Of a stretch of DNA of 64,000 bases, positions 47,052 through 57,304 are shown one piece after another. Position numbers and translations under genes: made by a program. Every line of letters starts with the position of its first letter. Position 1 is the first letter of the stretch. Under the pieces are notes generated by a model. The model was not told where the DNA came from. It saw nothing but the letters and a program-made list of their open reading frames with translations, and made no database searches. The DNA lies in assembly GCA_964558645.1 (NCBI GenBank), contig CAZLEV010000010.1, positions 32,001 through 96,000 on the forward strand. Reading direction: 5' to 3'. This stretch comes from an uncultured archaeon (GTDB lineage Archaea > Asgardarchaeota > Thorarchaeia > Thorarchaeales > Thorarchaeaceae).

Positions 47052-48755
47052 GTGAGGAGAAGTTCGCTGCGAATCAAAAGGCCCAAAATCACCTGCGGTC
47101 GTGTGTGCATTCTTGTTCTAATACTCCTAGTTCTAACACCGTTCATCATCAGGTGGTGGCCCCGTGGGCCGCACTGGGATGGAGTCATCAGAAACCAGCC
47201 ATCCCTTCTCTGGAAGGTAAATAACACGCTTTCGAGAGCCGTGGGTGACGACGTAGCTGTCGGAAACCTAGATGCCGATCCAGCAGTCGAGATTGTTAGT
47301 ACTGAGTTTGAGCCGAATGAGAGAACGGGCACATTATCGCGGGTTGTTGTCAGGCGCGGTGATACAGGAGTGGTCAAGTGGTATCACGAATTCATACACC
47401 CAGGGATTTCACGCATTGCACTTGGCGACATAGATCAGGATGGGATGCAAGAGATAGTATGTGCCGTTCAGGAAGAGGGCATCTTTGCCCTCGATGGGGA
47501 CGGCGAAATTCTCTGGAGTCATATCGACACGTCGATTCAGACGAGGTTCGATGTTGGGCCAGCGATTGCTAATGTGTTGGGAGATACGGAATCTGAGGTT
47601 GTTGCTCCCTCAGCTGAGGGGAGGTTACTCCTACTCAACAGCAGCACCGGTGAACTCCTCTGGGATGCTGACCTAGAGGACACCATTGAAAGCCCAATGG
47701 GGGTGGGAGATATCGATGGGAAGGAGGGTCGTGAGATTGTCGTGAGCTGTGGAGATCACCGCACCTATGCATTCAGTCCGGGCAATGATACTCCGCTCTG
47801 GGTACGAAGCTGGGCAGAGCCCGTCGAGATGTCAGCGCCCATCATCGCTGACCTAAATGGTGATGCAGACGCTGAGGTACTTATTGCCAACGAAATTGAA
47901 GTGGCCGTTCTTGATGGTGCAGACGGGCATAGCATCTGGAGACATGCTAAAAGCCATCGGGGCATCTATTTCCAGCTCCCTGCAATAGGTGACCTTGATG
48001 GAGATGGTCACTTGGAGGTAGTCTTCTCCCAGGACCGAGATGTCATCTCTGCTCTCCGCGGACATGATGGATCAACACTCTGGACTTTTGATAGCGGAGG
48101 AGCTGAATGGTCTAAACCTAGCATCGGCGACTTTGATGGTGATGGAAGAGATGAGATCCTTGTATTCGATACCGACGATTCTCTCTTGGCACTCAACGGA
48201 GAAGACGCATCCGTTGAATGGTCGTATCGAATCAGGGATGAGTTTGTTGTCGCTCAATTCACTCCCGCGATCAGCGATGTCAACAACGATGAAAGGTTGG
48301 ACATTGTGGTTCCGTGTTCGGGTTCAATCGAGCTCTATGCCCTTGAGCCCCAGGAATCAGGGCAGTACATCTACTGGAATGCTCGAGGAGGAACGGCCAA
48401 CTACACATACACCTACTCCCTTGCAGATGTTGATAGTGACTTCGACGGACTGTCAGATTCCTTTGAGCAGTCGATAGGGACAGATATCTCGTTTCCTGAC
48501 TCGGATGGTGATTCCATGCCTGATGCTTGGGAACACTTCAATGGATTTGACCCATCTGATCCTGCGGTATCCTGGGAGCAATTCCTTACCTACAACTCTT
48601 CTCTGATTGTCCTGGCTATAATCGGTGTTTCGACGGTGACAATAGGGCTAATCATTATCAGAAGCAGGATATGCACTCTGAGGAAGAGAGGCCCCAACGA
48701 AGGTTCATCAAGCTCGGAGAATCAGTCACAGATGGTCAGCGATGGTGCATCTTAG
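47052..48755 (+). CDS. FG-GAP/VCBS-repeat beta-propeller membrane protein with Ca-binding DxDxDG repeats
   Basis: About 7 repeats of GD(I/L)DGDGxxE(I/V), DSDFDGLSD/DSDGDSMPD motifs, and N- and C-terminal TM helices. Confidence 0.85.
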   Translation: MRRSSLRIKRPKITCGRVCILVLILLVLTPFIIRWWPRGPHWDGVIRNQPSLLWKVNNTLSRAVGDDVAVGNLDADPAVEIVSTEFEPNERTGTLSRVVVRRGDTGVVKWYHEFIHPGISRIALGDIDQDGMQEIVCAVQEEGIFALDGDGEILWSHIDTSIQTRFDVGPAIANVLGDTESEVVAPSAEGRLLLLNSSTGELLWDADLEDTIESPMGVGDIDGKEGREIVVSCGDHRTYAFSPGNDTPLWVRSWAEPVEMSAPIIADLNGDADAEVLIANEIEVAVLDGADGHSIWRHAKSHRGIYFQLPAIGDLDGDGHLEVVFSQDRDVISALRGHDGSTLWTFDSGGAEWSKPSIGDFDGDGRDEILVFDTDDSLLALNGEDASVEWSYRIRDEFVVAQFTPAISDVNNDERLDIVVPCSGSIELYALEPQESGQYIYWNARGGTANYTYTYSLADVDSDFDGLSDSFEQSIGTDISFPDSDGDSMPDAWEHFNGFDPSDPAVSWEQFLTYNSSLIVLAIIGVSTVTIGLIIIRSRICTLRKRGPNEGSSSSENQSQMVSDGAS

Positions 48756-49404
48756 CTAGATTCTCATACTCCTCGGCCATTCTCATACACTCGCCTGCCT
48801 CTTTCTCCGTTCCCAGACTCCTGTATACACTGGCCAGAATGCGATAGGCGACGCGTAGTCCGGCGTAGTTATCGATGGCCCCAAGTGTACTGATTGCATC
48901 CTCGGTGACGCGCTTAGCCTGCCCGTAGAGGGCCTTTCCAAGGAGAATATTGGCTCTTACGATGAGGGTCCATCCCACAACCTGCTGCATATCACGACTG
49001 TCCTCCATGCCCTCGGCGAGGTCGAACACCCGTCCAAGATGACACTCAGCTTCAGGGAGTTGTCCACTGTTGAGAAGGTGTATCCCCATGGATAGTGTTG
49101 AACGAGCAGTCTGAACCTCATCACCGGACCTCTCAGCCAGACGAAGGGATTCCTTCAACAGTTCTTCGTCACTCTTCTCGTCCAATCTGGTCCGGGCATC
49201 GTTGATGCGCATGAGGCAGTAGGCCATCACCCTGTCACGCTCTCGTTGCACATCCGCAGAAAGGTCTGCGAGGGTCTGGAGTATTCTCTGTGCCTCTTCA
49301 TATGACTCCAGTTCCGCACCATGGTCTTCATTCTCTAGTGCCTGCCAGACCGCCTTCTCTATCAATACTTCTGCCTGTTTGATGGTCTTGACAGGGTCGT
49401 TCAT
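48736..49404 (-). CDS. TPR-like helical repeat protein
   Basis: TPR-type helices such as LLKESLRLAERSGD and LASVYRSLG. Confidence 0.7.
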   Translation of the reverse strand: MNDPVKTIKQAEVLIEKAVWQALENEDHGAELESYEEAQRILQTLADLSADVQRERDRVMAYCLMRINDARTRLDEKSDEELLKESLRLAERSGDEVQTARSTLSMGIHLLNSGQLPEAECHLGRVFDLAEGMEDSRDMQQVVGWTLIVRANILLGKALYGQAKRVTEDAISTLGAIDNYAGLRVAYRILASVYRSLGTEKEAGECMRMAEEYENLAKMHHR

Positions 49405-49583
49405 CGTTCAGACAGTATACCGACAGCAGTCAGTGGCTCTTTAATGGTTCGATGAGCCTCGATACCACGGTCATCCTGATCCAACCCCATCCGATAATTG
49501 CATGGTGACGTATCAAGATTATTGCGTATAGTGACACACAAGCATTTCGGTCTGCGCTGGTAGATGGCTCCTGTGACCGTATT

Positions 49584-52304
49584 TCACTGAAGTTTCCATC
49601 TCTCAGGGTGATACTTCTCTGATGCCTTCCACAGCTGTCCGATGACTAGGGGGATGATGCTCATCAAGAATATCAGTCCCCAACCGACCAGTCCCGGGTC
49701 GACCAGACTGAGGAGGCCTGAGAAACCTGGAATATAGGCCGGGAATATCAATAAGGGAATACTAATTGCGAGTGCCACCCAGACATAGGGGTTTGTCGTA
49801 ACATCGTTCTTGACCAATCCGGAGCCAGAGATACGCATATTGAACACATGCCATAGTTGCGCAAAGGCCAGAGTCAGAAACACGATAGTCCCTGTTATGG
49901 CTGCACTCAAGCCCAAGATGCGGGCTGAGATATCAAAGGAGGATGCCACTGCTATCGTGATGATAGTTCCGTACCCTCCGATGGCAAACCAGTGTCTTTG
50001 GGTGACAATGGGTTCGTCTGCTGGTCGTGGTTCACGATCCATGACTGAGACATCTCCCTCTCCCACGCCGAGGGCGAAGGCCGGAAACACATCGGTGACA
50101 AGGTTCAGAAACAGTATCTGAAGGGGGCGGATTGGAAGAGGAACAGGGAGTAAGGAGAAGAGGGCAATCGCCAGAATCTCACTCATGTTACAAGAGAGCA
50201 GATAGATGACGAACTTTCTGATGTTGTTGAAAATCACACGACCCTCCTGTACAGCGTAGACAATTGTGGAGAACCGATCATCCCGAAGGATGATATCGGC
50301 CGTTTCCTGTGCCACCTGGGTTCCTCTCTTACCCATAGCAACACCTATGTCTGCCTTTTTGAGAGCAGGTGCATCATTCACACCATCGCCAGTCATGGCA
50401 ACTATCCTGTTCTGTTTCTGGTGAAGTTCAATGAGGTCCAGCTTCTGTTTCGGCGAAACCCTTGCTGTGACGGTGGCCTCAAGGGCCTTCTCGCGCTCCT
50501 CCTCAGACATCTTCTCAGGGTTCTCAAGCTCCTCTCCGGTTATGACGCGAAAGCCATCCTTCTTGACAAGTCCAACCTCTCCTGCGATCTTCTCAGCTGT
50601 CACAGGATGATCGCCGGTGACCATCACGACCTTGATGCCGGCATTCTTACAGGCGAGGATTGCATCCTCTACATCTTCACGGGCTGGGTCCAAGAGTCCT
50701 GCAAGACCAACAAATGTAAGATCCGAATAGGCCTCTGCCTCTTCGTCTTCAACCAGCTTCTGAGCAAATCCTATGACGCGGAGCCCGTCTGTAGCGAGCT
50801 CGTGATTCCGTGCCATCCATGATTCTCGTGCCTGTTCATCTAGGTCCACCGCGCCATCGCGAGCCAGGGTTCGAGACGAAGACTCCAAGACGGCCTCGGG
50901 GGCGCCCTTGACGGATATCCTGATTCCCTCTCTATCACGATTGTAGCTAGCCATCATGTTGACTTCGGGATCAAAGGCTTCCCTCTTGATCTGGGGTGAC
51001 TCTTCGAAGAGTGCATCGGCTTTGATGCCGGCCTTTCTTCCAGCCACCAGAATGGCAATCTCAAGGGGGTCTCCAACAGACTGGTCATCTTCCTCGATGT
51101 CCTCAATTTCGGTGGATGCTCGGTTGGCAAATATGCCAATCTCAAGAAGTGTGCGGATGAGTGTGTCTTCTCTCGGATCCGCGGGCTCTTCATTTACAAG
51201 GAACTCTCCCTCCAGATCCATTCCCGTACCTGTGATTTCCACTCTTTCATTGTGGAGCGCAAGCTCGGTCACAGTCATCTTCGCCTCGGTGAGAGTGCCT
51301 GTCTTGTCAGTGCAAATCACACTGGTTGCCCCCAGGGTTTCAACCGCGGAGAGGCGTTTCACTATGGCGTTGCGCCGAGCCATCCTCCACATTCCCCGTG
51401 CGAGACCAAGAGTCGCAACCAGGGGCAGTCCCTCAGGAACAGCTGCCACAGCAAGAGCGACACCGGTTTCAATCATCAGGAGGAGGTCTTTTCCACCGAT
51501 GATTCCAAAGATGGTCACCACCGTTCCCAGCAGGAGAGTCACCCATACAAGTTTCCGCCCCAAGTCGTTGAGACGTCGCTCCAGAGGCGTGACCTCTTCT
51601 TCAGCCCGTTGTACCAGAGAGGATATTGTTCCTATCTCCGTTTCCATCCCGGTTCGCACAACGATTCCAGTTCCTGACCCCCGTGTCACAGCCGTACCCT
51701 TGAAGAGCATACAGGTACGTTCCGAAACAGGTGCATCTTCATCAACTGGTTCAGGGTTCTTTCCCACAGGAACTGACTCTCCTGTCAGCGCCGCCTCGTT
51801 CACCTGAAGTCTAGAGGCCTGAACCAGACGTATATCCGCCGTGAGGACATCTCCCCCGTCGATGAGTACCACATCCCCGGGAACAATATCCTCTCCGTCT
51901 ACCTCCTTGATGTTTCTCTCCCGACGAACGTTGGTACTCACTCCTCCAAGTTCTTGGAGGGACTCCATAGATCTCACAGCACGTAACTCCGTTGCAAAAC
52001 CGATTGTTGCATTGATGAAAATGACTGCGCCAATCGCCAGAGCCTCGACCGGATCACCAAAGATGAATGCCAAAACTGATGCTAGGATGAGAATCCCGAC
52101 CATCAGGCTCTTGAATTGCTCCACCAAGATGTCCCATATGCTCCTCTTAGACACCTCACGCAACCGATTCTTGCCATACTCCTTCAGGCGCCGCTCAGCG
52201 TCCTTGTCACTGAGGCCTTGTTTCGGGTCTACGTCTAGTGCATCTAGCACCTCATCAACGGTCTTGCTCCACGGACTCTCGATAGGAACCTTGTCTGCGG
52301 CCAT
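49584..52304 (-). CDS. P-type cation-transporting ATPase (type II, Ca2+-like)
   Basis: TGES, PEGL, DKTGT, KGAPE, TGD, GDGVNDAP and NLVTD. Confidence 0.96.
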   Translation of the reverse strand: MAADKVPIESPWSKTVDEVLDALDVDPKQGLSDKDAERRLKEYGKNRLREVSKRSIWDILVEQFKSLMVGILILASVLAFIFGDPVEALAIGAVIFINATIGFATELRAVRSMESLQELGGVSTNVRRERNIKEVDGEDIVPGDVVLIDGGDVLTADIRLVQASRLQVNEAALTGESVPVGKNPEPVDEDAPVSERTCMLFKGTAVTRGSGTGIVVRTGMETEIGTISSLVQRAEEEVTPLERRLNDLGRKLVWVTLLLGTVVTIFGIIGGKDLLLMIETGVALAVAAVPEGLPLVATLGLARGMWRMARRNAIVKRLSAVETLGATSVICTDKTGTLTEAKMTVTELALHNERVEITGTGMDLEGEFLVNEEPADPREDTLIRTLLEIGIFANRASTEIEDIEEDDQSVGDPLEIAILVAGRKAGIKADALFEESPQIKREAFDPEVNMMASYNRDREGIRISVKGAPEAVLESSSRTLARDGAVDLDEQARESWMARNHELATDGLRVIGFAQKLVEDEEAEAYSDLTFVGLAGLLDPAREDVEDAILACKNAGIKVVMVTGDHPVTAEKIAGEVGLVKKDGFRVITGEELENPEKMSEEEREKALEATVTARVSPKQKLDLIELHQKQNRIVAMTGDGVNDAPALKKADIGVAMGKRGTQVAQETADIILRDDRFSTIVYAVQEGRVIFNNIRKFVIYLLSCNMSEILAIALFSLLPVPLPIRPLQILFLNLVTDVFPAFALGVGEGDVSVMDREPRPADEPIVTQRHWFAIGGYGTIITIAVASSFDISARILGLSAAITGTIVFLTLAFAQLWHVFNMRISGSGLVKNDVTTNPYVWVALAISIPLLIFPAYIPGFSGLLSLVDPGLVGWGLIFLMSIIPLVIGQLWKASEKYHPERWKLQ

Positions 52305-52565
52305 TATGGAATGCCTACCCGTTTCGAGGTTCAGATTGAATAAGAGTCTGTTCAAATGCCCTCGTCTTCCGTGGTCTTGCACAGACTACCTTTGGCTGAC
52401 GATTAGGTAGCCAATCATCCGCTTAGTTCTGAGTCATTTGGCTTTCTACTTCGTACTAGGTTTCGACGGAAACTTAGTTTTTTCGTCCCAAAAACACCTC
52501 GTACCAATCAATCTGAATTATTCCCTCACTATCTAGCTGATTGTTTAAACATACCGTGCTATATC

Positions 52566-52577
52566 AAAAAGATTAAG
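52566..52577 (+). promoter_or_regulatory. BRE/TATA promoter for the ncRNA at 52601
   Basis: AAAAAGATTAAG about 24 nt upstream of the terminal helix. Confidence 0.6.
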
Positions 52578-52600
52578 TGTATACTTTCCATACTCATATT

Positions 52601-52834
52601 TGCCGCTTGAGGAGTACGCTAACGACAGGCGTGCTGAGTCGGTTCGTGTTGAGTAAGACCGACAACACGGTCAAAAATCGGTCAAACGACGAACACAGCA
52701 CGAACGGCTGACCGACGGAAAGCAGCATCCAGTAAGAGTCTGCCAGATCGATGGGCAGACAATCGCGTTTCAAAGATGCTGTAGAACGAGCGAGAAAATG
52801 TCGGTAGCCTGTCGAGGCTTAGACTCAAGCGGCA
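52601..52834 (+). ncRNA. Unassigned highly structured ncRNA (~234 nt)
   Basis: 11-bp terminal helix, at least 6 internal helices, two potential pseudoknots, upstream promoter and a downstream TTTTCTGTTTT tract. Confidence 0.8.
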
Positions 52835-52875
52835 TTTTCTGTTTTGGCTTACTAATCCAATTCCATAGCGGGCTA

Positions 52876-53652
52876 TTAGAGCTCAAACGAACGAGGCGCA
52901 AGACCGAGATACTCTCTGATGTTGTAGATGTGTTCACGTTCATGCTCAAGGAATCGACGTAGGACTTTGTATAGTGACCATCTCTCACTGGGATAGATTG
53001 TATAGTCTATCCGAGTGAATTCGCCCTCCTTCTTTTCGGGCAGCAATCGTTTCAGGGTCCTGATGCAGGCTGTTCTGACCCCTCCCAGTCTTTCAAGTAT
53101 CGGCAGCTCATCCGCTTCTGACATCTCCATTCCCAAGTTCATCTGGTATAGCTGGTCTGCCTCCTCACCCAATCGAGAGAGATAGAACTCCTCGGCATTA
53201 CATACATGAGCAAGTATGTCCAATATGCTCCTTTGCTTCCCTTCAGGAGTTCTGGACAAGGTCTTTCTATCAAGGTCTACTACAGTATTCACAAGGTCTT
53301 CCCTGTTATGACCCATATAGCGTTCCAGAATCTCAAAGCACTTCTCGTCAACAGTCTGTCTGTCAAACTCAAAGAATGCCACTTCCCCGCCTGATTCTCC
53401 CAGTTCAGACACTCCCTCCACTTCTTCTACGACTCGAATAAGAGAGTTTGACAACGGGGGAACTGGCTCCTTGTGTCTTCTCAGCCATCTGAGATGGTAT
53501 TCGAGTTCTTCTTGAAGGTCTTGCAGGAGTACCTCTCTTTTCTGAGCTCGGGCATGGGTTCCGGGAAACTCGGTCAACCTGCCGTACCACAGGCCTGTAT
53601 TCCCGTGCTCTATCGCGGCTTCAATATCTCTCGTCGGCATCGTGAACACCAT
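52876..53652 (-). CDS. HicB-like / DinB fusion protein
   Basis: N-terminal HicB-like pattern (EFPGTHARAQKRE..L.EEL..HL.WL); DinB His motifs ILAHV and LEHEREH. Confidence 0.7.
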   Translation of the reverse strand: MVFTMPTRDIEAAIEHGNTGLWYGRLTEFPGTHARAQKREVLLQDLQEELEYHLRWLRRHKEPVPPLSNSLIRVVEEVEGVSELGESGGEVAFFEFDRQTVDEKCFEILERYMGHNREDLVNTVVDLDRKTLSRTPEGKQRSILDILAHVCNAEEFYLSRLGEEADQLYQMNLGMEMSEADELPILERLGGVRTACIRTLKRLLPEKKEGEFTRIDYTIYPSERWSLYKVLRRFLEHEREHIYNIREYLGLAPRSFEL

Positions 53653-53767
53653 ACGCGATTCTGCTCAATGTCAGACATGCTACTCCCTTAAAGAGGGATT
53701 GGAACTCCCTCTCTTCCCTTGACAGAGTAACCGGGCTATGTCTGTCTTTGTATCCTGTCTTCTACTG

Positions 53768-54412
53768 TCATCCCAGATGAGACACGAATAGACCGTTAAG
53801 CGTGGCCACCAACCCATCAAGGACACTACCGGGTTCCAGCAGATTACCATTGAGGAGATTGCGGTCCGGCGTACCTGCGCCACACATGACAACTATGTGT
53901 CCTACGGAGCTTTGCAGGGATAGAAGAGATATCCAGGTTCCATCTTCGTACACAATATCCAGTGCAAAGCCCATCTGGAGATCAAGATTCTGTATCACGT
54001 CTTCAGACGCATAGGTCTGATCCAGTCCATCATATAATGCTGTGTTAATGGTGTTGACCTCAGCCGAAGAGGCCGTGAACGTTTCAGTAGACTGTGTTAC
54101 TTCGTAGGGCCCTTCAGAATCATCGAGCAGCAGCACCTCCACCCACCATGCACCTGATTCTATAGGAGTGAAAGTGGCTTCCATGAGTTCGGAATAGACG
54201 ATATCCGAGCTGTTTCCACAGATATGCATGTACGCAACGTTCGACTGCTGTTCTTCGATGTATTCACTCAAGTCTGTACCTGCCAATCCACGAACGCCAG
54301 TTCCAGTACCCTTACTCTCGGTTCGCCAAGATAGATACAGCGTGAGTAAGGCGCCCGACAGCACTAAGGCTATCAATATCGCCACAGGCTTTCTACTATC
54401 CATCGCTACCAT
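53768..54412 (-). CDS. Hypothetical membrane-anchored extracellular protein
   Basis: N-terminal TM followed by an acidic globular domain. Confidence 0.65.
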   Translation of the reverse strand: MVAMDSRKPVAILIALVLSGALLTLYLSWRTESKGTGTGVRGLAGTDLSEYIEEQQSNVAYMHICGNSSDIVYSELMEATFTPIESGAWWVEVLLLDDSEGPYEVTQSTETFTASSAEVNTINTALYDGLDQTYASEDVIQNLDLQMGFALDIVYEDGTWISLLSLQSSVGHIVVMCGAGTPDRNLLNGNLLEPGSVLDGLVATLNGLFVSHLG

Positions 54413-54571
54413 TCCCTACAATGTACTGCGTTTCTCATATGAACTCTAGTGACTCAAATCTTTCTATCTCAGCCACAGTCTGTTTGATACTTCTTCTGGA
54501 TTTATGGCGGCTTTCCTATTCCTGGGGCCCATCAAGAATCGACATATGCGCTGATGGCCTTCGTGAGCAGT

Positions 54572-55774
54572 CTAGTCCAAGAGACGTTTCTGTCCTTCAA
54601 TCTTTCTGATATCTGTGATGTCTTGGGTCACTTCCAGACAACCCAGATACTTACCATTCACATCTCGCACTGCGAGATATCTGATGTAGATCATTCTTCC
54701 AGCGATTTCAATCCAGAATACAGCCGAATCTCGTGAACCCTCTCTGAACTCCTCAAGGATTTGATTGACCATATGAACGCTCTTCTGGGGATGGCACAGC
54801 TGTACTTCGCGACCAAGAACGGCCCTAGATCTGACGAATATCCGCTCTTCTGAACCGCTGAAGTATCGCACCTTATCATCTGCATCAACGAATGTTATGT
54901 CGATTGGCAAGGTATTGAGTATTGTTTCAAGTGTTGATACGGGCAGAGTGCCTGTCTCAAAGTTGACAATCCCCGACGATACTGTGGGGCTGAGTTCTCC
55001 TGGAGTCTTCTCTCTTACTACACCTCGCCTGCCGGGAGTGAAGCAGCAATATCCTACCTCGTCGAATTCCTCCATAATGACTTGCCATTCATCGTCAGTG
55101 ATCACATTCAGAGCTGTTGGAAAGAGAATGTTGTTCTCTTTGTAGAAGTGACTTGAGAGGGTTTCATGGAGCCGCTGCGCATTCTCTGCAATCCCAACTG
55201 AGTTTTCCGTTATACAGCTGTCCGACTCATCAACAAGCGCATAGATCTCCTTCTCTATGGCCCTGATGCTATCATGTTCCATCCACATGATTGCCGGAGG
55301 TTCCTTTACACCATGCTTTTCGAGATACGGAAACAGCACATTCTCCTCTCGAAGATAATGCTTATCCGAGTCCCTGAAATGGTCGACGAGATGGCGCATT
55401 CGAGCGAATCTCCCCTCTGAAACCTCGTGTGGACTCTCAGCAATGCTTTGAGCTAACCGAGTCAACTCATCGGCCGAGTCCAGCAGTATTTGATGCTCTT
55501 GCTTTAGCGTGTGTATTGGATGACCCGTTTCTTCTTCAGAGGTCTGTGTTTCTAGGGACTCGCGGAACACTGCAAGATGGACGTCACATAGTTTTCGAAC
55601 TTTCTCGCGGGGTAACCCCTCACGGATTAGTTCTTCTTCGGCTTTGGAGATGTCTTCAGCTGAGGTAGCGTCAAGAACCTCTGAAAAATCTCTCTTGAGA
55701 CTCTCTGGATCCTCTCCTCTGTGAAGCCGCTCTATTATCTCTTTCAAGACTATCTTACTGTCTTTCATCATCAT
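54572..55774 (-). CDS. DUF438-hemerythrin-PAS protein
   Basis: LCDVH, GHPIHTLKQEH, HYLREENVLFP, MWMEHD, KENNILFP, LPIDITFVD and CHPQKS. Confidence 0.92.
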   Translation of the reverse strand: MMMKDSKIVLKEIIERLHRGEDPESLKRDFSEVLDATSAEDISKAEEELIREGLPREKVRKLCDVHLAVFRESLETQTSEEETGHPIHTLKQEHQILLDSADELTRLAQSIAESPHEVSEGRFARMRHLVDHFRDSDKHYLREENVLFPYLEKHGVKEPPAIMWMEHDSIRAIEKEIYALVDESDSCITENSVGIAENAQRLHETLSSHFYKENNILFPTALNVITDDEWQVIMEEFDEVGYCCFTPGRRGVVREKTPGELSPTVSSGIVNFETGTLPVSTLETILNTLPIDITFVDADDKVRYFSGSEERIFVRSRAVLGREVQLCHPQKSVHMVNQILEEFREGSRDSAVFWIEIAGRMIYIRYLAVRDVNGKYLGCLEVTQDITDIRKIEGQKRLLD

Positions 55775-55850
55775 TCAAGCACATTGAGGTTATCTACTAT
55801 AATAAGTATAATAGTTACCATCAAGATAGTATGGATATGAGGTTCTTTTG

Positions 55851-56225
55851 CTACTTGCTTACAAGCTCCTCATCGTCTGCTCGCCATGAAGGATAGACAA
55901 CGCAAAGAAAAGCGAGATTCTGTTCTCCAGTGTTCTCGATATACTGGGTTGCACCTGGCGGCACATAGACAGCATCTAGGGGGCCCACTTCAACAGACTC
56001 CCTATCCACATGCATGACGCCTTCTCCTTGTAGGATACAGTAGACCTCTGAGGACGTCTTCAGTACATGAGGTGCCGAGCTCTCTCCCTTTTTCACCATC
56101 GCGTGTGCAATGCTATATTCAAGATGAAGCTCCTTCTCCTCATGTCTTGGATTCAATATCTCGCGAAGAATCGTATCATCGATGGCAACGATCTCCTCGC
56201 ATTCATCAAAATGCTTGACAAACAA
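55851..56225 (-). CDS. Cupin domain protein
   Basis: YSIAHA, PHVLKTSSEVY and VYVPPG; probable TTG start after GAGGT. Confidence 0.85.
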   Translation of the reverse strand: MFVKHFDECEEIVAIDDTILREILNPRHEEKELHLEYSIAHAMVKKGESSAPHVLKTSSEVYCILQGEGVMHVDRESVEVGPLDAVYVPPGATQYIENTGEQNLAFLCVVYPSWRADDEELVSK

Positions 56226-56289
56226 GTCTCTACCTCTTGTGTATATCCACTCTGCAATATTATTGCCTTTCCATATCTTTGTTCCCATG

Positions 56290-57216
56290 CTAAGATCTCG
56301 TGACGAGATACACAAATGCCATGATACTGGCGACTATTCCCACAGAGTATCCTAAGTCAAAGTACAGAGTCATTGTGGGTACTTCAAGATGGAAATACAT
56401 CAAGGTACGAAAGACGATGATTGCGACGGTGATGAGAACAAGCAGTACACGTTCTGAGTCTCTCAGATGTGCTTCGTGGAGTGAGAGCGTCCGCAACCAG
56501 AGTACAAATGCAACAAGGGCAAGAGGTGGGAGGGGAATGAGTACGAAACAAAGCGGGAGCAGCAAGAGCCCGCTTAGCTGACTTCTCCAGATAGCCAGCG
56601 TTTCTCCGTATTTCTCAAATTCTCTCGCCTCAATCTTGCCGTATTCCCCCCAGACACGTCTCTGATAGGTCTTCCATATGGAAAACTTGGCATTGCTTAG
56701 TAACGCCTTCTTCATCTCAAGAGAACTCTTTTGATATTCGGGCACATAGGCGTTCCTGATGGCCGGTACAACATACACCAACAGCATAAGCGACCAGATT
56801 CCATACAACGCAATCAGGTCTTCCAAGGGACTAAGATCCGCATCGAGATACAGAATCCCGTAGATTCTGTAGATGGCGTATCCTGCAATTGCAACACCTA
56901 TAATCGCAACAAGTCCTTTCAGAACAGCTGCTCTTCTTTCGTTGCCTCTTACAAATTCCGATGTTAAGTTGAAGATAAGGGTAGAAACCGATGCATACGT
57001 GAGCATGATGCCTATCCCGCTCAACAAACGCATGGTGATTCCTGAAATCATGAAGGGAATAGTAAGGATGTCAAGCTGGAAGAAAGTGAGCAGGTCTGGA
57101 CCCTGAGTGACGAGAATGACAACAAAGACGACTAGACCGAGGATAAATGGCAGTAGATAACTGACAAGCGGTCGTCTGGCCACCTTTTTCCCAAATAGCA
57201 CGATTATGCCACTCAT
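56290..57216 (-). CDS. Hypothetical multi-pass membrane protein
   Basis: About 8 hydrophobic segments. Confidence 0.7.
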   Translation of the reverse strand: MSGIIVLFGKKVARRPLVSYLLPFILGLVVFVVILVTQGPDLLTFFQLDILTIPFMISGITMRLLSGIGIMLTYASVSTLIFNLTSEFVRGNERRAAVLKGLVAIIGVAIAGYAIYRIYGILYLDADLSPLEDLIALYGIWSLMLLVYVVPAIRNAYVPEYQKSSLEMKKALLSNAKFSIWKTYQRRVWGEYGKIEAREFEKYGETLAIWRSQLSGLLLLPLCFVLIPLPPLALVAFVLWLRTLSLHEAHLRDSERVLLVLITVAIIVFRTLMYFHLEVPTMTLYFDLGYSVGIVASIMAFVYLVTRS

Positions 57217-57304
57217 CTATACCACAGACACAGAAGGCCCACATGCCTTATGACTATGCCGTTGGCGATTCGTCTGGACACATCCGTCTTGTGTTTCAGG
57301 CAGT

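Noticed and set aside
50956-52410. Long antisense ORFs over the ATPase, and similar shadow ORFs across the window
   Set aside because: They lie opposite well-supported genes and have Ser/Arg-rich, motif-less translations.
52601-52834. RNase P RNA, SRP RNA, or a riboswitch for the P-type ATPase
   Set aside because: There are no GAGGAA..UC or ACAGAA conserved regions and no convincing SRP helix 8. Promoter, terminator and G-U pairs place it on the strand opposite the ATPase.
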